A stretch of DNA of 64,000 nt from Candidatus Kaiserbacteria bacterium CG10_big_fil_rev_8_21_14_0_10_47_16 (GCA_002773395.1 PFBI01000004.1:12615-76614); one strand, 5' to 3'. Positions 28,335 through 38,335 are shown, counted from the first letter of the stretch. The notes: generated by a model not told the origin, from the sequence alone. Numbers and translations: made by a program.

Positions 28335-31300
28335 TCTCCGCCATCAGAAAGCCGTTTTACCTTCTCAAGCGCAATAGTTGGTTCGTCGTTACGGATTGAG
28401 AGACGGCCTTTAATAGCCACACACGTACCTGGTATAAGAAGCTCTTTGTACGTGTGGTATGTCTCGGGGAACGCGACCATTTCGATAGAATCTTTTTGAT
28501 CAGCGAGCGCAATAAATGCCATTCGGTCACCTTTCTTGGTAAGCAGTTCTTTCACCGTTTCAATAATACCGGCAGTGACAACTGGAATACCGTTGCGATT
28601 ATCACTGCGGACATCAGTAATTGAAGAACGCTTTTTAAGTTCAGCCGCAAAGTTGTCGAGCGGGTGACCCGATACATAAATACCGAGCAACTCCTTTTCC
28701 CAAATAAGTTTTTCCATTGAGCTTGCAGGTTCGGTCGGGTTCAGACTGAGCTCATGGAACGTGGAGTCTGCAATACCACCAAAGAGCGAATCTTGCGCAG
28801 ACTCTTTGCCGCTCGCGTGTTCTTTGTTGTATGCGAGCATTGTATCGAGATTGCCAAACATGATGCCGCGTTCTGCGAATCGATCGAAGGCACCGACTTT
28901 GATGAGTGACTCAAGAGATTTTTTGTTGAGGTTTTTGTCAGTGACGCGCGTGAGGAAATCCGAAAGGGAGGTATAGGGGCCGTTTGCCTTTCGTTCGGTA
29001 ATGATTGCTTCGGCAACGCCCGCACCGAAGTTTTTGACCGTCGTGAGTCCAAAGCGAATCTTTGCCTCGATGCCATCCTTCGCTGGTACAACGGAGAAGT
29101 CGGCGAAACTTTCGTTGATGTCTGGGGGGAGTACTTCAATACCCATGCGCTCACACTCGTGGATGATTTCAGAAATCTTCTCAGTGTCTCCTGAGTCAGC
29201 AGTGAGTACAGAAGACATGTATGGGGCAGGGTAGTTTGCCTTCATATAGGCGGTCTGATAGGCAACGCGGCCATAGCTCGCAGCGTGGGCTTTGTTAAAT
29301 CCGTAGGCGGCAAATGGTTCGATAAGTTTCCAGAGTTTTTCACCAACTTTCGGAGATATCTTTCCGTGGTCCCGGAAACCATCAAGAAGCTTTTGTCGTT
29401 CAGCTTCCATCACTTCAGGAATCTTCTTTCCCATCGCTTTACGAAGCATGTCGGCTTCAAGCCATGAGTATCCGGCGAGTTCGCGTGAAATCATGAGTAC
29501 GTCATCCTGATACGTCACCACACCGTATGAACGATCGAGAATCTTTGTGAGGCGAGGGTCGAGGTAGGTGATGAGGTTTGCGTTGTGCTTACGCTCAATG
29601 TATTGCGGAATAGATTCCATCGGTCCGGGCCGATAGAGTGCAACCATCGCGTTGATGTCGTGGATGGTCGTCGGTTTTAGTTGGCGCAAGAACGCCGTCA
29701 TACCCGAACCATTGAGCTGGAAGAGTCCCATCGTTTCACCACGGGCGAGCATGTCGAATGTGTTTTGGTCATCAGTTGGAACGTTTTCAATATCAACGTC
29801 AATGTTATGAATTGCTTTTACCCGGGTTACCGCGTCGGCGAGGATGGCGAGGTTTTTGATACCGAGGAAGTCAAACTTAAGAAGCCCAACGCCGTCCTCG
29901 CCGACGCTGTGCATCTCGTACTGTGTGATGAGTTTACCCGTTTTGCTATCGGGTTGTACCGGTACAAATTCAGAAAGTGGTTCTGGCGCAATCACCACAC
30001 CTGCAGCGTGCACACCAACATGGCGTACACGCCCTTCGATTTTTTTCGCAAGGTCGATGACCGCGCGAACGTCAGAATCATTTTTATACTCTTTCGCAAG
30101 ATCGGGTTCAATCTCGAGCGCTCGGGTAATGGTCATGGGGAACCCCTGACTTCCCATAGGAATGAGCTTCGCGATTTTGTCGCCGACTGCGTAGGGTTGC
30201 CCGAGTGCACGTGCGACATCGCGCACTGCAGCGCGTGCCATCATTGTTCCGAAGGTGCCAATCTGCGCAACTCTATCCTCGCCGTACTTTTCTTTAGCGT
30301 ACGCAATAATCTCGTCACGACGGTTATCGGCGTAGTCCATGTCGATGTCCGGAGCGGATGGTCGCTCAGGATTGAGGAATCGTTCAAAGGGGAGATTGTA
30401 TTCAAGCGGGTCTACATTGGTAATACCGAGAACGTAAGTGGTGAGTGACCCCGCAACAGATCCTCGAATGGTGGTGAGGATTTTACGCTCGCGCGCCTCA
30501 CGAATAAGATCGCCCACCACGAGGAAGTATTTCGCGTAGCCCTTCATTTTAATAATGTCGAGCTCGTAGTTGAGGCGATCTTTTACAACAGCATCATCAA
30601 GTGACATGCCGCGCCATAGGGCGCCTTTTTCTGCAAGAAAACGGAGTTCATCGTCTGGCTCGCGACCACTTTCAATAATGTAGTTCGGGAAGTACCACGT
30701 CTTACCTGGCTCCATGTGTACGTTACATTCGTCAGCAATTTTTACCGTGTTCGCAACTGCTTCAGGAGTATCCGCAAAAAGCTCTTTGATTTGTTCTGTG
30801 GTGAGGAAAGAGAAATCTTCGTGTTCGTCGTCAATTTCAATACTTTCTACGACGCCACCACTTTGAATCTTGAGCATCGCCTCACGCGCGAGGTAATCGT
30901 CTTTATTCAAATAATACACATCATGCGCAGCAACGAGTGGGGTACCTGATTTTTCTGCAAGATCAATTATCTTTTTTTGGAGAGACTCGTGGTCGAGGAT
31001 TTCTGGGTGGTGTGTAATTTCAAGGTAGCAATCTTTTCCAAAAACACTTCTATACCAGTCGAGTGATGCACCCGCTTTCTCATCATCTCCGTCTTTCAGA
31101 GCCAAGACAGGCTCTCCTGAAAACGAAGGAATAATACAGATGAGATCATTGTGAAATTCCTTTAAGAGATCGTGGTCGATACGTGGCCGATAGTAAAATC
31201 CGTTTACGTAACTCTCGGTTACTATTTTGATCAGATTTTTGTAGCCTTCGTTTGTCTTGGCAAGCAGAATGACTCGTCCGCGAGGTTTATCGATACCGGC

Positions 31301-31570
31301 GTCCTTATCGAGTCGTGTACGTGGTGCAAGATACGCATCCACGCCGATGATCGGCTTCACGCCTTCTTTGGTGCATGCTTTATAAAAATCAATTGCGCCG
31401 TAGAGGCCGCCGGCGTCAGTGAGGGCGAGCGCGTGCATTCCATTTTCCTTTGCACGTGCTGCAAGCTCCTTTGGCTTCGGAAGCGCTGAGAGTAGGGAAT
31501 AGTGAGAGTGCACATGGAGGTGTACAAAATCTCCCTTCGGCATTTCAGTCTTTTGCTCGGTATCAGCCAT
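28331..31570 (-). CDS. dnaE: DNA polymerase III alpha subunit
   Basis: HLHVHSHYSLL PHP domain, PDIDMD, KFDFLG, YGFNKAHA. Confidence 0.97.
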   Translation of the reverse strand: MADTEQKTEMPKGDFVHLHVHSHYSLLSALPKPKELAARAKENGMHALALTDAGGLYGAIDFYKACTKEGVKPIIGVDAYLAPRTRLDKDAGIDKPRGRVILLAKTNEGYKNLIKIVTESYVNGFYYRPRIDHDLLKEFHNDLICIIPSFSGEPVLALKDGDDEKAGASLDWYRSVFGKDCYLEITHHPEILDHESLQKKIIDLAEKSGTPLVAAHDVYYLNKDDYLAREAMLKIQSGGVVESIEIDDEHEDFSFLTTEQIKELFADTPEAVANTVKIADECNVHMEPGKTWYFPNYIIESGREPDDELRFLAEKGALWRGMSLDDAVVKDRLNYELDIIKMKGYAKYFLVVGDLIREARERKILTTIRGSVAGSLTTYVLGITNVDPLEYNLPFERFLNPERPSAPDIDMDYADNRRDEIIAYAKEKYGEDRVAQIGTFGTMMARAAVRDVARALGQPYAVGDKIAKLIPMGSQGFPMTITRALEIEPDLAKEYKNDSDVRAVIDLAKKIEGRVRHVGVHAAGVVIAPEPLSEFVPVQPDSKTGKLITQYEMHSVGEDGVGLLKFDFLGIKNLAILADAVTRVKAIHNIDVDIENVPTDDQNTFDMLARGETMGLFQLNGSGMTAFLRQLKPTTIHDINAMVALYRPGPMESIPQYIERKHNANLITYLDPRLTKILDRSYGVVTYQDDVLMISRELAGYSWLEADMLRKAMGKKIPEVMEAERQKLLDGFRDHGKISPKVGEKLWKLIEPFAAYGFNKAHAASYGRVAYQTAYMKANYPAPYMSSVLTADSGDTEKISEIIHECERMGIEVLPPDINESFADFSVVPAKDGIEAKIRFGLTTVKNFGAGVAEAIITERKANGPYTSLSDFLTRVTDKNLNKKSLESLIKVGAFDRFAERGIMFGNLDTMLAYNKEHASGKESAQDSLFGGIADSTFHELSLNPTEPASSMEKLIWEKELLGIYVSGHPLDNFAAELKKRSSITDVRSDNRNGIPVVTAGIIETVKELLTKKGDRMAFIALADQKDSIEMVAFPETYHTYKELLIPGTCVAIKGRLSIRNDEPTIALEKVKRLSDGGD

Positions 31571-31581
31571 AGTGACCCCAG

Positions 31582-31720
31582 TATACCCCACGACTAACTT
31601 TTAGTCAGTTTATATCGCTATAAGTATAGCTTTTATAAAAAACACTCGATTCATAAGAAATATAAGTTTTTTTCGCAACGTCGACAAAGTCGACAGACTC
31701 AAAGTTAGTGTTGGGGTATA
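31582..31720. mobile_element. 139-bp MITE-like element with TATA ends
   Basis: TATACCCCACGACTAACTTTTAGTC and GACTCAAAGTTAGTGTTGGGGTATA match 22/25 as an inverted repeat; AT-rich non-coding core. Confidence 0.7.
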
Positions 31721-31742
31721 GCAAATCGGGTACAATGACTAT

Positions 31743-32342
31743 ATGCACAGATGGATTGTTGGAATAGACGAGGCCGGCAGAGGCCCCTTAGCCGGCCCCG
31801 TTGCCGTTGGAGTGGTTAAAGTACCTCATGATTTTGATTGGGGGAGGATCCCTGGGGTGAATGACTCAAAGAAGCTTTCGCATAAAAATCGCGAAGCGAT
31901 TTTTATGCTCACAGAGGAGCTCCAAAAAGAAGGTGCACTTACGTATTCGGTAAAGATGACGAGCGCACCTATGATTGATCGGATTGGGATCGTACCGTCA
32001 GTACGACGTTCCATTGCAAGCGCGCTTCGCGCGCTCGCACCAGATACTAAGACAACGTCAATCAAGCTCGATGGCCTACTGTCTGCACCCGAAGAATTTA
32101 TATATCAAGAAACTATTGTCGGCGGCGATGGAAAGGAGAAGGTCATCGGACTTGCGTCCATTATGGCGAAGGTGACAAGGGATCGGTATATGGAACGGCT
32201 CGCAAAGAAACAAGAAGCGGTGTGCTATGGCTTTGACCTGCACAAAGGCTACGGGACCAAAGCCCACTTGGATGCCATCCGTACGCACGGTCTGCTTGAG
32301 GGAGTACACCGCGTCAGTTATTGCAGGAATATACAACGGTAA
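31743..32342 (+). CDS. rnhB: Ribonuclease HII
   Basis: GIDEAGRGPLAGPV, DSKKL, ASIMAKVTRD, KGYGT. Confidence 0.96.
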   Translation: MHRWIVGIDEAGRGPLAGPVAVGVVKVPHDFDWGRIPGVNDSKKLSHKNREAIFMLTEELQKEGALTYSVKMTSAPMIDRIGIVPSVRRSIASALRALAPDTKTTSIKLDGLLSAPEEFIYQETIVGGDGKEKVIGLASIMAKVTRDRYMERLAKKQEAVCYGFDLHKGYGTKAHLDAIRTHGLLEGVHRVSYCRNIQR

Positions 32343-32438
32343 AAATGTGTGGTAGAATACAGTCGCTGCTCACCAGGGGGTTTGCAGTAAACGCCAAAGA
32401 GGCGTTTTTTAGTTCTTGAGGAGAAAGAAGAGGGGTCT

Positions 32439-32732
32439 ATGACCTTCGAAGAAAGTGACCATCACGCAGTTGATCTGATGAGTCAGACTACCATGAAGGA
32501 TCCTGTCTGCGAGGCCAACATGCAGCGGTCCATTAAGGACTGCGGTGCTTGCCGCGGCTGTTTCCACCGTGTCGGCGTCGGGCGTGACGGAAAGTATGCT
32601 CTCGTCGTCATCTGTGACGTCAAGGGCCATATTTCACCCGAGGGCGAATGCTCTTCGCGGAAAGCGGGCGAGCGCACCATCGGCGCGCATACCCATGTCC
32701 CGTCCAGCTTCTCTGAAGAATTGGCGGCCTGA
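32439..32732 (+). CDS. Small Cys-rich orphan protein
   Basis: 97 aa with six Cys including CGACRGC; purine-rich RBS; own promoter (TGGTAGAAT) and downstream terminator. Confidence 0.45.
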   Translation: MTFEESDHHAVDLMSQTTMKDPVCEANMQRSIKDCGACRGCFHRVGVGRDGKYALVVICDVKGHISPEGECSSRKAGERTIGAHTHVPSSFSEELAA

Positions 32733-32781
32733 CCATCCTCGGTGCCTGATAGCTAGAGGCACTGAAACTACCCTCAACTCG

Positions 32782-32815
32782 ACCTCCGGTTCATGGCCAT
32801 GAACCGGAGGTTTTT
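32782..32815 (+). terminator. Terminator hairpin
   Basis: ACCTCCGGTTCATGGCCATGAACCGGAGGTTTTT. Confidence 0.75.
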
Positions 32816-32859
32816 CTTATATTGCAAAAACAAGCTAATTCTGTTATAGTCTCGCCACT

Positions 32860-33210
32860 ATGGTAATTCGAATGCGACATACGCGGTCTCACACAAAGAA
32901 CCGCCGTTCACACCACGCCTTGAAAGCGGTACCGCTTTCAGTGTGTAGTAACTGTGGGGCACATCATCGCCCACACCACATGTGTCTTGATTGTGGTTTT
33001 TATAACGGACGTCAGGTGATGGATCTCAGTACAGAAAAAGCAAAGCGTGAAGCACGCATGCAAGCAAAGCGTGAGATGATCAAAGGTGAAGGATCTATTC
33101 CACAACCAGAGAAAAACGAAGTTTCAGAACCAGTAGCAGAAGATACAACAAAGACCGAAACAAAGGCAAAAAAGACTACGAAGAAGAAGCCGGCGAAAAA
33201 GGTTGAGTAA
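32860..33210 (+). CDS. rpmF: 50S ribosomal protein L32 with charged C-terminal extension
   Basis: NRRSHHAL, CSNCG....HHMCLDCGFYNGR. Confidence 0.93.
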   Translation: MVIRMRHTRSHTKNRRSHHALKAVPLSVCSNCGAHHRPHHMCLDCGFYNGRQVMDLSTEKAKREARMQAKREMIKGEGSIPQPEKNEVSEPVAEDTTKTETKAKKTTKKKPAKKVE

Positions 33211-33304
33211 CCCTATCCCCAAAATTCCCGCTCTGCGGGATTTTTGTATATACTGTTCTGGTAGTATCAGTATAGTAATAGTTTAGTACTTTCAGTTCAT
33301 TTCC

Positions 33305-34207
33305 ATGGCAAACCGACATCTTTCACGATCTATCGTCTTACAATCACTCTTTGAGTGGGATTTAAATAATATCGGGAAGAAGGACATGGACGAAGTACTC
33401 GACCGCAACGTTGCTGAGTTCGCACCCAACAATAGCGATACGCCATTTATGGGGAAGCTGCTCGACGGCATTCTCGCGAAACAAACTGAAATTGATCTCG
33501 TTATTGAAAAGGCTGCACCTGAGTGGCCAATTGATCGCATCTCTCCGGTCGATCGAAATATTCTGCGACTCGGTCTCTACGAGTTGCTCTTTGCTGACCG
33601 CAAGGAAGTACCGGCAAAAGTTGCTATCAATGAAGCGATTGAACTTGCGAAGCAGTTCGGTGGTGATAATTCGAGCAAGTTTGTAAACGGAGTACTTGGC
33701 GCGGTATACAAAGAAATAGGGGAACCGGGGAAGGATGAAACTTCAAAGCGAAAAAAGAAAGAAATTCCGTTTGACGAAATGCCAATCGAACGACTCGTTG
33801 GCGCGGTCGTGTACTCCATTAATGCAGAAGGAGATATGTATCTCGCGCTCGTGCATGATATCTTCGGGCACTGGACGCTCTCAAAGGGTGGTATTGAAGA
33901 AGGTGAAGATGTACAAAAAGGTGTACAGCGAAAAATAAAAGAAGAGATCGGACTTGATATCACGGTAGAATCTGAGCTTGGCAACAATGAATACGTAGCT
34001 TCACATCCTGAAAAAGGGAAGGTACGAAAGCAGGTACACTACTTCCTTGGGCAATCACCGTATTCAGAAATCAAACTTGAACAAAAGGGAGGTCTTGATG
34101 ATGCACAGTGGTTTAAGGTAGCAGATATCCTTGAACTTAATTTCTACGAAGACATTCTACCGATTGTGACGAAGGCAATCACCATGCTGGTCTCCAAAAG
34201 TCGCTAA
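33305..34207 (+). CDS. nusB: NusB fused to a C-terminal NUDIX domain
   Basis: RHLSR...LQSLFEWD, DRNILRLG.YE, INEAIELAK.FG...FVNGVL; then WTLSKGGIEEGE......KIKEEIGL. Confidence 0.9.
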   Translation: MANRHLSRSIVLQSLFEWDLNNIGKKDMDEVLDRNVAEFAPNNSDTPFMGKLLDGILAKQTEIDLVIEKAAPEWPIDRISPVDRNILRLGLYELLFADRKEVPAKVAINEAIELAKQFGGDNSSKFVNGVLGAVYKEIGEPGKDETSKRKKKEIPFDEMPIERLVGAVVYSINAEGDMYLALVHDIFGHWTLSKGGIEEGEDVQKGVQRKIKEEIGLDITVESELGNNEYVASHPEKGKVRKQVHYFLGQSPYSEIKLEQKGGLDDAQWFKVADILELNFYEDILPIVTKAITMLVSKSR

Positions 34208-34245
34208 ATGTACATTTTTAATCTTTATGGTACTGTAGCCCCCAT

Positions 34246-34962
34246 ATGACGCAATCACATGAAATGGCGGGAGTTGATTTTGCAAAACTGGAGTCAATCC
34301 TTGGTATCAGTTTTACAGAAAAGAACCACCTGCTTACTGCAGTCACGCATCGGTCTTATTTAAACGAGCACCGAGAAGCGACGCAGGAACACAACGAACG
34401 ATATGAATTTCTCGGTGACGCAGTTCTCGAACTCGTTATTACAGATTTTCTCTTTGCGAAGTACCCAGAGAAGCCAGAAGGCGAACTCACCGCAATTCGT
34501 GCCGCCCTCGTAAATACCAATTCACTCGCAGACGCATCATCGCGTCTTGGTATTAATGAATTCCTCCTTCTCTCAAAAGGTGAAGCAAAGGATATGGGGC
34601 GTGCACGTCAGTACATTCTTGCGAATACATTCGAATCGATTATTGGCGCACTCTATCTCGATCAGGGATACGAAAAGGCAGGAGAGTTCATCGCGTCACA
34701 ACTCTTTGACCTCACCGATGAAATTGTGAAAAAGCGCCTCTGGCAAGATGCAAAGAGTCGTTTCCAAGAACTATCACAAGAGCACGTGGGAATTACACCA
34801 AACTATCAAACACTCGGACAAGAAGGACCTGACCACGATCGCACCTTTACTATTGGAGTATTTCTCGGAGAGAAGAAAATTGCGGAAGGAAGTGGCCGCG
34901 CAAAACAAGAGGCTGAACAAGACGCTGCAGAGAAAGCCCTTGCAGTGAAAGGCTGGGGTTAA
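34246..34962 (+). CDS. rnc: Ribonuclease III
   Basis: HNERYEFLGDAVL, dsRBD with KQEAEQDAA. Confidence 0.96.
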   Translation: MTQSHEMAGVDFAKLESILGISFTEKNHLLTAVTHRSYLNEHREATQEHNERYEFLGDAVLELVITDFLFAKYPEKPEGELTAIRAALVNTNSLADASSRLGINEFLLLSKGEAKDMGRARQYILANTFESIIGALYLDQGYEKAGEFIASQLFDLTDEIVKKRLWQDAKSRFQELSQEHVGITPNYQTLGQEGPDHDRTFTIGVFLGEKKIAEGSGRAKQEAEQDAAEKALAVKGWG

Positions 34963-35003
34963 TACCTGTAGCGCGCACAAACCACATGCTATAGTTAGTG
35001 CAT

Positions 35004-35543
35004 ATGTTTTTACGTCTGCGACCACGTGGCTTCACACTCGTTGAGCTCCTTGTAGTACTTGCAGTTATTGCAGTACTCAGTGGGGTGGTGATGGCGAGTG
35101 TCATTCAAGCGCGTCAATCAGCGCAAGATAAACAACGCGTTGCATCTCTCGAGCAACTCAGCCTCTCGCTCGAGGTCTATAAGCAGGCATATGGATCGTA
35201 TCCATTTTCATGTAATGGAACGGGAGTTATGGGAGGTCACGGATCAAACTTCGGCACCTGTACCTCAAACTATATCCAAGGGATGACCAGTATCATTACG
35301 CTTCCCGTAGACCCAAATACGACTGCAGACGGATACCGCTATATCTCAAACGGCACCAGCTACCGACTTGAGTCGTACAACGCACTCCAGAGTAAAACGC
35401 TTTCACCAACTGATGATTACCATGCATGCGCCGCATCGTGCAGTAGTGGCGTCTGTGCGACGTCAGGAGGGCAGTATACGAACGCAAAGACACAGAAGAC
35501 ACTCGCAATTTGGAAAGGCACCACCTATCAGTGTAGTCAATAA
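35004..35543 (+). CDS. Type IV pilin / pseudopilin
   Basis: RGFTLVELLVVLAVIAVL, YK...GSYP, LPVDP, Cys-rich head. Confidence 0.88.
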   Translation: MFLRLRPRGFTLVELLVVLAVIAVLSGVVMASVIQARQSAQDKQRVASLEQLSLSLEVYKQAYGSYPFSCNGTGVMGGHGSNFGTCTSNYIQGMTSIITLPVDPNTTADGYRYISNGTSYRLESYNALQSKTLSPTDDYHACAASCSSGVCATSGGQYTNAKTQKTLAIWKGTTYQCSQ

Positions 35544-35555
35544 TTTTACGTAGGG

Positions 35556-37823
35556 ATGTATCTTAAGGAGCTTACGATCAATGGATTCAAATCGTTCGCC
35601 AAGAAGGGCGAGCTTGAGTTCTCTGCGCCCATTACTGCAATCGTCGGTCCGAATGGTTCGGGGAAGTCGAACGTTGCAGAAGCGTTTCGGTTTGTACTCG
35701 GTGAGCAATCTCCATCGAAGATGCGTGGAAAAAAGGGCGAGGATCTTATCTGGAGTGGTTCAGAGAGTTCGTCGCGTTCCAACCGCGCGGTCGTTGCTAT
35801 CACGCTCAACAACGAGCAGAAAATATTTCCACTCGATTTTAATGAAATTACCATTGAGCGTGCAGTGAACCGTGATGGGAGTAATGAGTACAGTATCAAC
35901 GGGTCACGCGCCCGCCTTCGCGATGTGCAGGAGATTCTCGCTGCCGCGAACATTGGATCAACGGGTCACCATATTATCTCGCAAGGAGAAGCCGATCGTA
36001 TTCTCTCTGCAAATCCACGCGAGCGCCGTGAAATGATTGAGGACGCACTCGGCCTGAAGGTCTATCAATACAAAAAGCAGGAGAGTGAGAAGAAACTCAA
36101 AAAGACGGTAGAAAATATTGCACAGGTTGAGTCGCTTCGCAGGGAGGTTGCGCCGCATTTGAAGTTTCTTGAGAAGCAGGTAAAGAAGATGGAAAAGGCA
36201 CTTGAGTTGCAGGAAGAACTTAAGGTGTTTTATGCAGCATATTTAAAGCGAGAAGACGTATATCTCACGCATAACACAGAACGGTTAACTCGCGAGAAGC
36301 ACGCTCCGGAAGCACGACAAAAAGAACTTACCGAAAAACTCGCTGAAGCAAAGGCACAGCTCGCAAAGGCAACACAAGATGATAAGCGTGACGCACTCAT
36401 TGCACTCGAACGCGATATTTCTTCAGTACGCACCGAACGGCAAGAGATTATGCGTGAGAGTGGGAAGCTCGAAGGGCAGATTAGTTTTATTGAGCGTTCG
36501 CTTGCGGAAGCAAAGCGACAAAGTGCGGAGGTTGTAGAATCACCAATTCCGTATACTGAGTTTGCTCGCGCAGCAGAATCAGTTGAGAGAGCTGTCTCTG
36601 CTGCCGCAGAGAGCACTGACGTTTCGCTCCTGCAGCGTACGCTTCGTGATGTGCTCGGTACTATCAAAACGCTCCTCGTACGCGAATTTGCAGAAACAAA
36701 GCCACAGACTGAACGAGAAGAAGCAGAACTCCAGTCGCTCCAATCAGCACGCGCAGCATTTGAAGAAAAGCAGAAAGCTATTGAAGCACGCGAATCGGAA
36801 CTTCAGAATAAATACGAACTCCTCCGAACGTCTATTGAAGAAGAACACTCTCTGAGTCGAGACGCTGAGCGTGCGGTGTTTGAAATCATGAACGAACAAC
36901 GCGAGATCGAGCATACGCTTTCTCGTATAGCCTCTCTGCTCCATACGCTCTCACGCGACAGAGAAGAGTTTACGCGAGAGGTACAAGAAGCAATTGCGCT
37001 CATCCGTAGTAGTGCAAAAGACTACCAGAGTAAACCAGTATTAGATGCGCACGGCGCTGTGGTTTCAGAAGACGAAATGATAAACGAAGATCGAGATGTG
37101 CAGCGTGATCGACGGCGAACGCTTGAGAAGATGAAAATCAGACTTGAAGAACTTGGTGCAGGTGAAGCAGACGATGTGTTGAAGGAATATAAAGACGTAA
37201 AAGAACGTGATGAGTTTTTGGTACACGAAGTCACCGACCTTACCGATTCGGTTGCAAAGCTCGAGTCGCTTATCGCTGATCTTACTGAACAGCTGAATAA
37301 GGAATTTGTAATAGGTATTGAAAAGATCGATGCTGAGTTCAATCGGTTCTTTATGCTTATGTTCGGAGGTGGTATGGCAAAGTTGCTTCGCGTGAAGCCG
37401 AAGGTTCGTCGAAAGAGTGTGGACGGTGAAGAGGAAGATACTGATGATGAATCCGAAGAAGACGTTGAAGAGGGAATTGAGATCGATGTAAAACTTCCAA
37501 ACAAACGCGTTCGAGGCCTCGATATGCTTTCAGGTGGGGAACGTGCACTGACGAGTATTGCGCTTATTTTTGCGATGAGTCAGGTCAACCCACCGCTCTT
37601 TGTTATTCTTGATGAGACTGATGCTGCACTCGATGAAGCAAATAGCCGCCGGTACGGCGACATGATTTCAGAGCTGGGGAAACGATCACAACTTATTTTA
37701 ATTACGCACAACCGTGAGACGATGGGACGAGCGGGCGTGCTCTACGGAGTGACGATGGGAGGGGACGGCATGTCGAGACTTCTTTCGGTCAAATTTGAAG
37801 AAGCACTCGCGGTCGCAAAGTAG
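35556..37823 (+). CDS. smc: SMC-family ATPase (short, no recognisable hinge)
   Basis: GFKSF, GPNGSGKSN, IISQG, LSGGE, LDETDAALD, ITHN; only 755 aa. Confidence 0.88.
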   Translation: MYLKELTINGFKSFAKKGELEFSAPITAIVGPNGSGKSNVAEAFRFVLGEQSPSKMRGKKGEDLIWSGSESSSRSNRAVVAITLNNEQKIFPLDFNEITIERAVNRDGSNEYSINGSRARLRDVQEILAAANIGSTGHHIISQGEADRILSANPRERREMIEDALGLKVYQYKKQESEKKLKKTVENIAQVESLRREVAPHLKFLEKQVKKMEKALELQEELKVFYAAYLKREDVYLTHNTERLTREKHAPEARQKELTEKLAEAKAQLAKATQDDKRDALIALERDISSVRTERQEIMRESGKLEGQISFIERSLAEAKRQSAEVVESPIPYTEFARAAESVERAVSAAAESTDVSLLQRTLRDVLGTIKTLLVREFAETKPQTEREEAELQSLQSARAAFEEKQKAIEARESELQNKYELLRTSIEEEHSLSRDAERAVFEIMNEQREIEHTLSRIASLLHTLSRDREEFTREVQEAIALIRSSAKDYQSKPVLDAHGAVVSEDEMINEDRDVQRDRRRTLEKMKIRLEELGAGEADDVLKEYKDVKERDEFLVHEVTDLTDSVAKLESLIADLTEQLNKEFVIGIEKIDAEFNRFFMLMFGGGMAKLLRVKPKVRRKSVDGEEEDTDDESEEDVEEGIEIDVKLPNKRVRGLDMLSGGERALTSIALIFAMSQVNPPLFVILDETDAALDEANSRRYGDMISELGKRSQLILITHNRETMGRAGVLYGVTMGGDGMSRLLSVKFEEALAVAK

Positions 37824-37970
37824 TATTACGAATGCAGGGAAGCGGTAGACGCTTCTTGTAGCATTGCGAAGAGTTGTTCGGTACGTGTTTCTCCGCGCAC
37901 TTCTTTTTTTGTACGAGTGTATGCCTCCATACTAGTAATGACGCAGGAGAGAAAACATTCTTACATATGA

Positions 37971-38025
37971 GAAAAGCCCGATCGTGTGCGTAGTGTGTTG
38001 ACTACGTATACGTATCGGGCTTTTC
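37971..38025. terminator. Long hairpin downstream of the orphan ORF, probable terminator
   Basis: GAAAAGCCCGAT...ATCGGGCTTTTC with inner CGTAGT/ACTACG stem. Confidence 0.65.
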
Positions 38026-38026
38026 A

Positions 38027-38293
38027 TCATCGCGCCAGTGCACATAACGCACACTCCTCTTCTTCTACAGGAACAATACCTGCAAAGCTCACCTGCGGCT
38101 CTACAAGCCGCAGAATTCGCTTAGGAGAAACGATGCTCGGATCAAAGCGTATGTGTCCAATAATGGCACCATTGGGTTCAGTAAAGAAGTGAAGCACTTC
38201 GATACCGTTCGCACGCAATATCCGTTGTATCGCACGTTTGGTGATATCGTTTCTCCGAAAGCCGATGATGACGACTTGGTGGAGTTTGTTCAT
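38027..38293 (-). CDS. Small orphan protein (88 aa, possibly ferredoxin-like fold, C-terminal CxxC)
   Basis: Very strong SD AGAAAGGAGGTGA upstream of ATG 38293; MNKLHQVVIIGF...EEECALCALAR. Confidence 0.6.
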   Translation of the reverse strand: MNKLHQVVIIGFRRNDITKRAIQRILRANGIEVLHFFTEPNGAIIGHIRFDPSIVSPKRILRLVEPQVSFAGIVPVEEEECALCALAR

Positions 38294-38335
38294 TCCTCTC
38301 ACCTCCTTTCTGAATTGATTTTAGCAGGAAATAGT

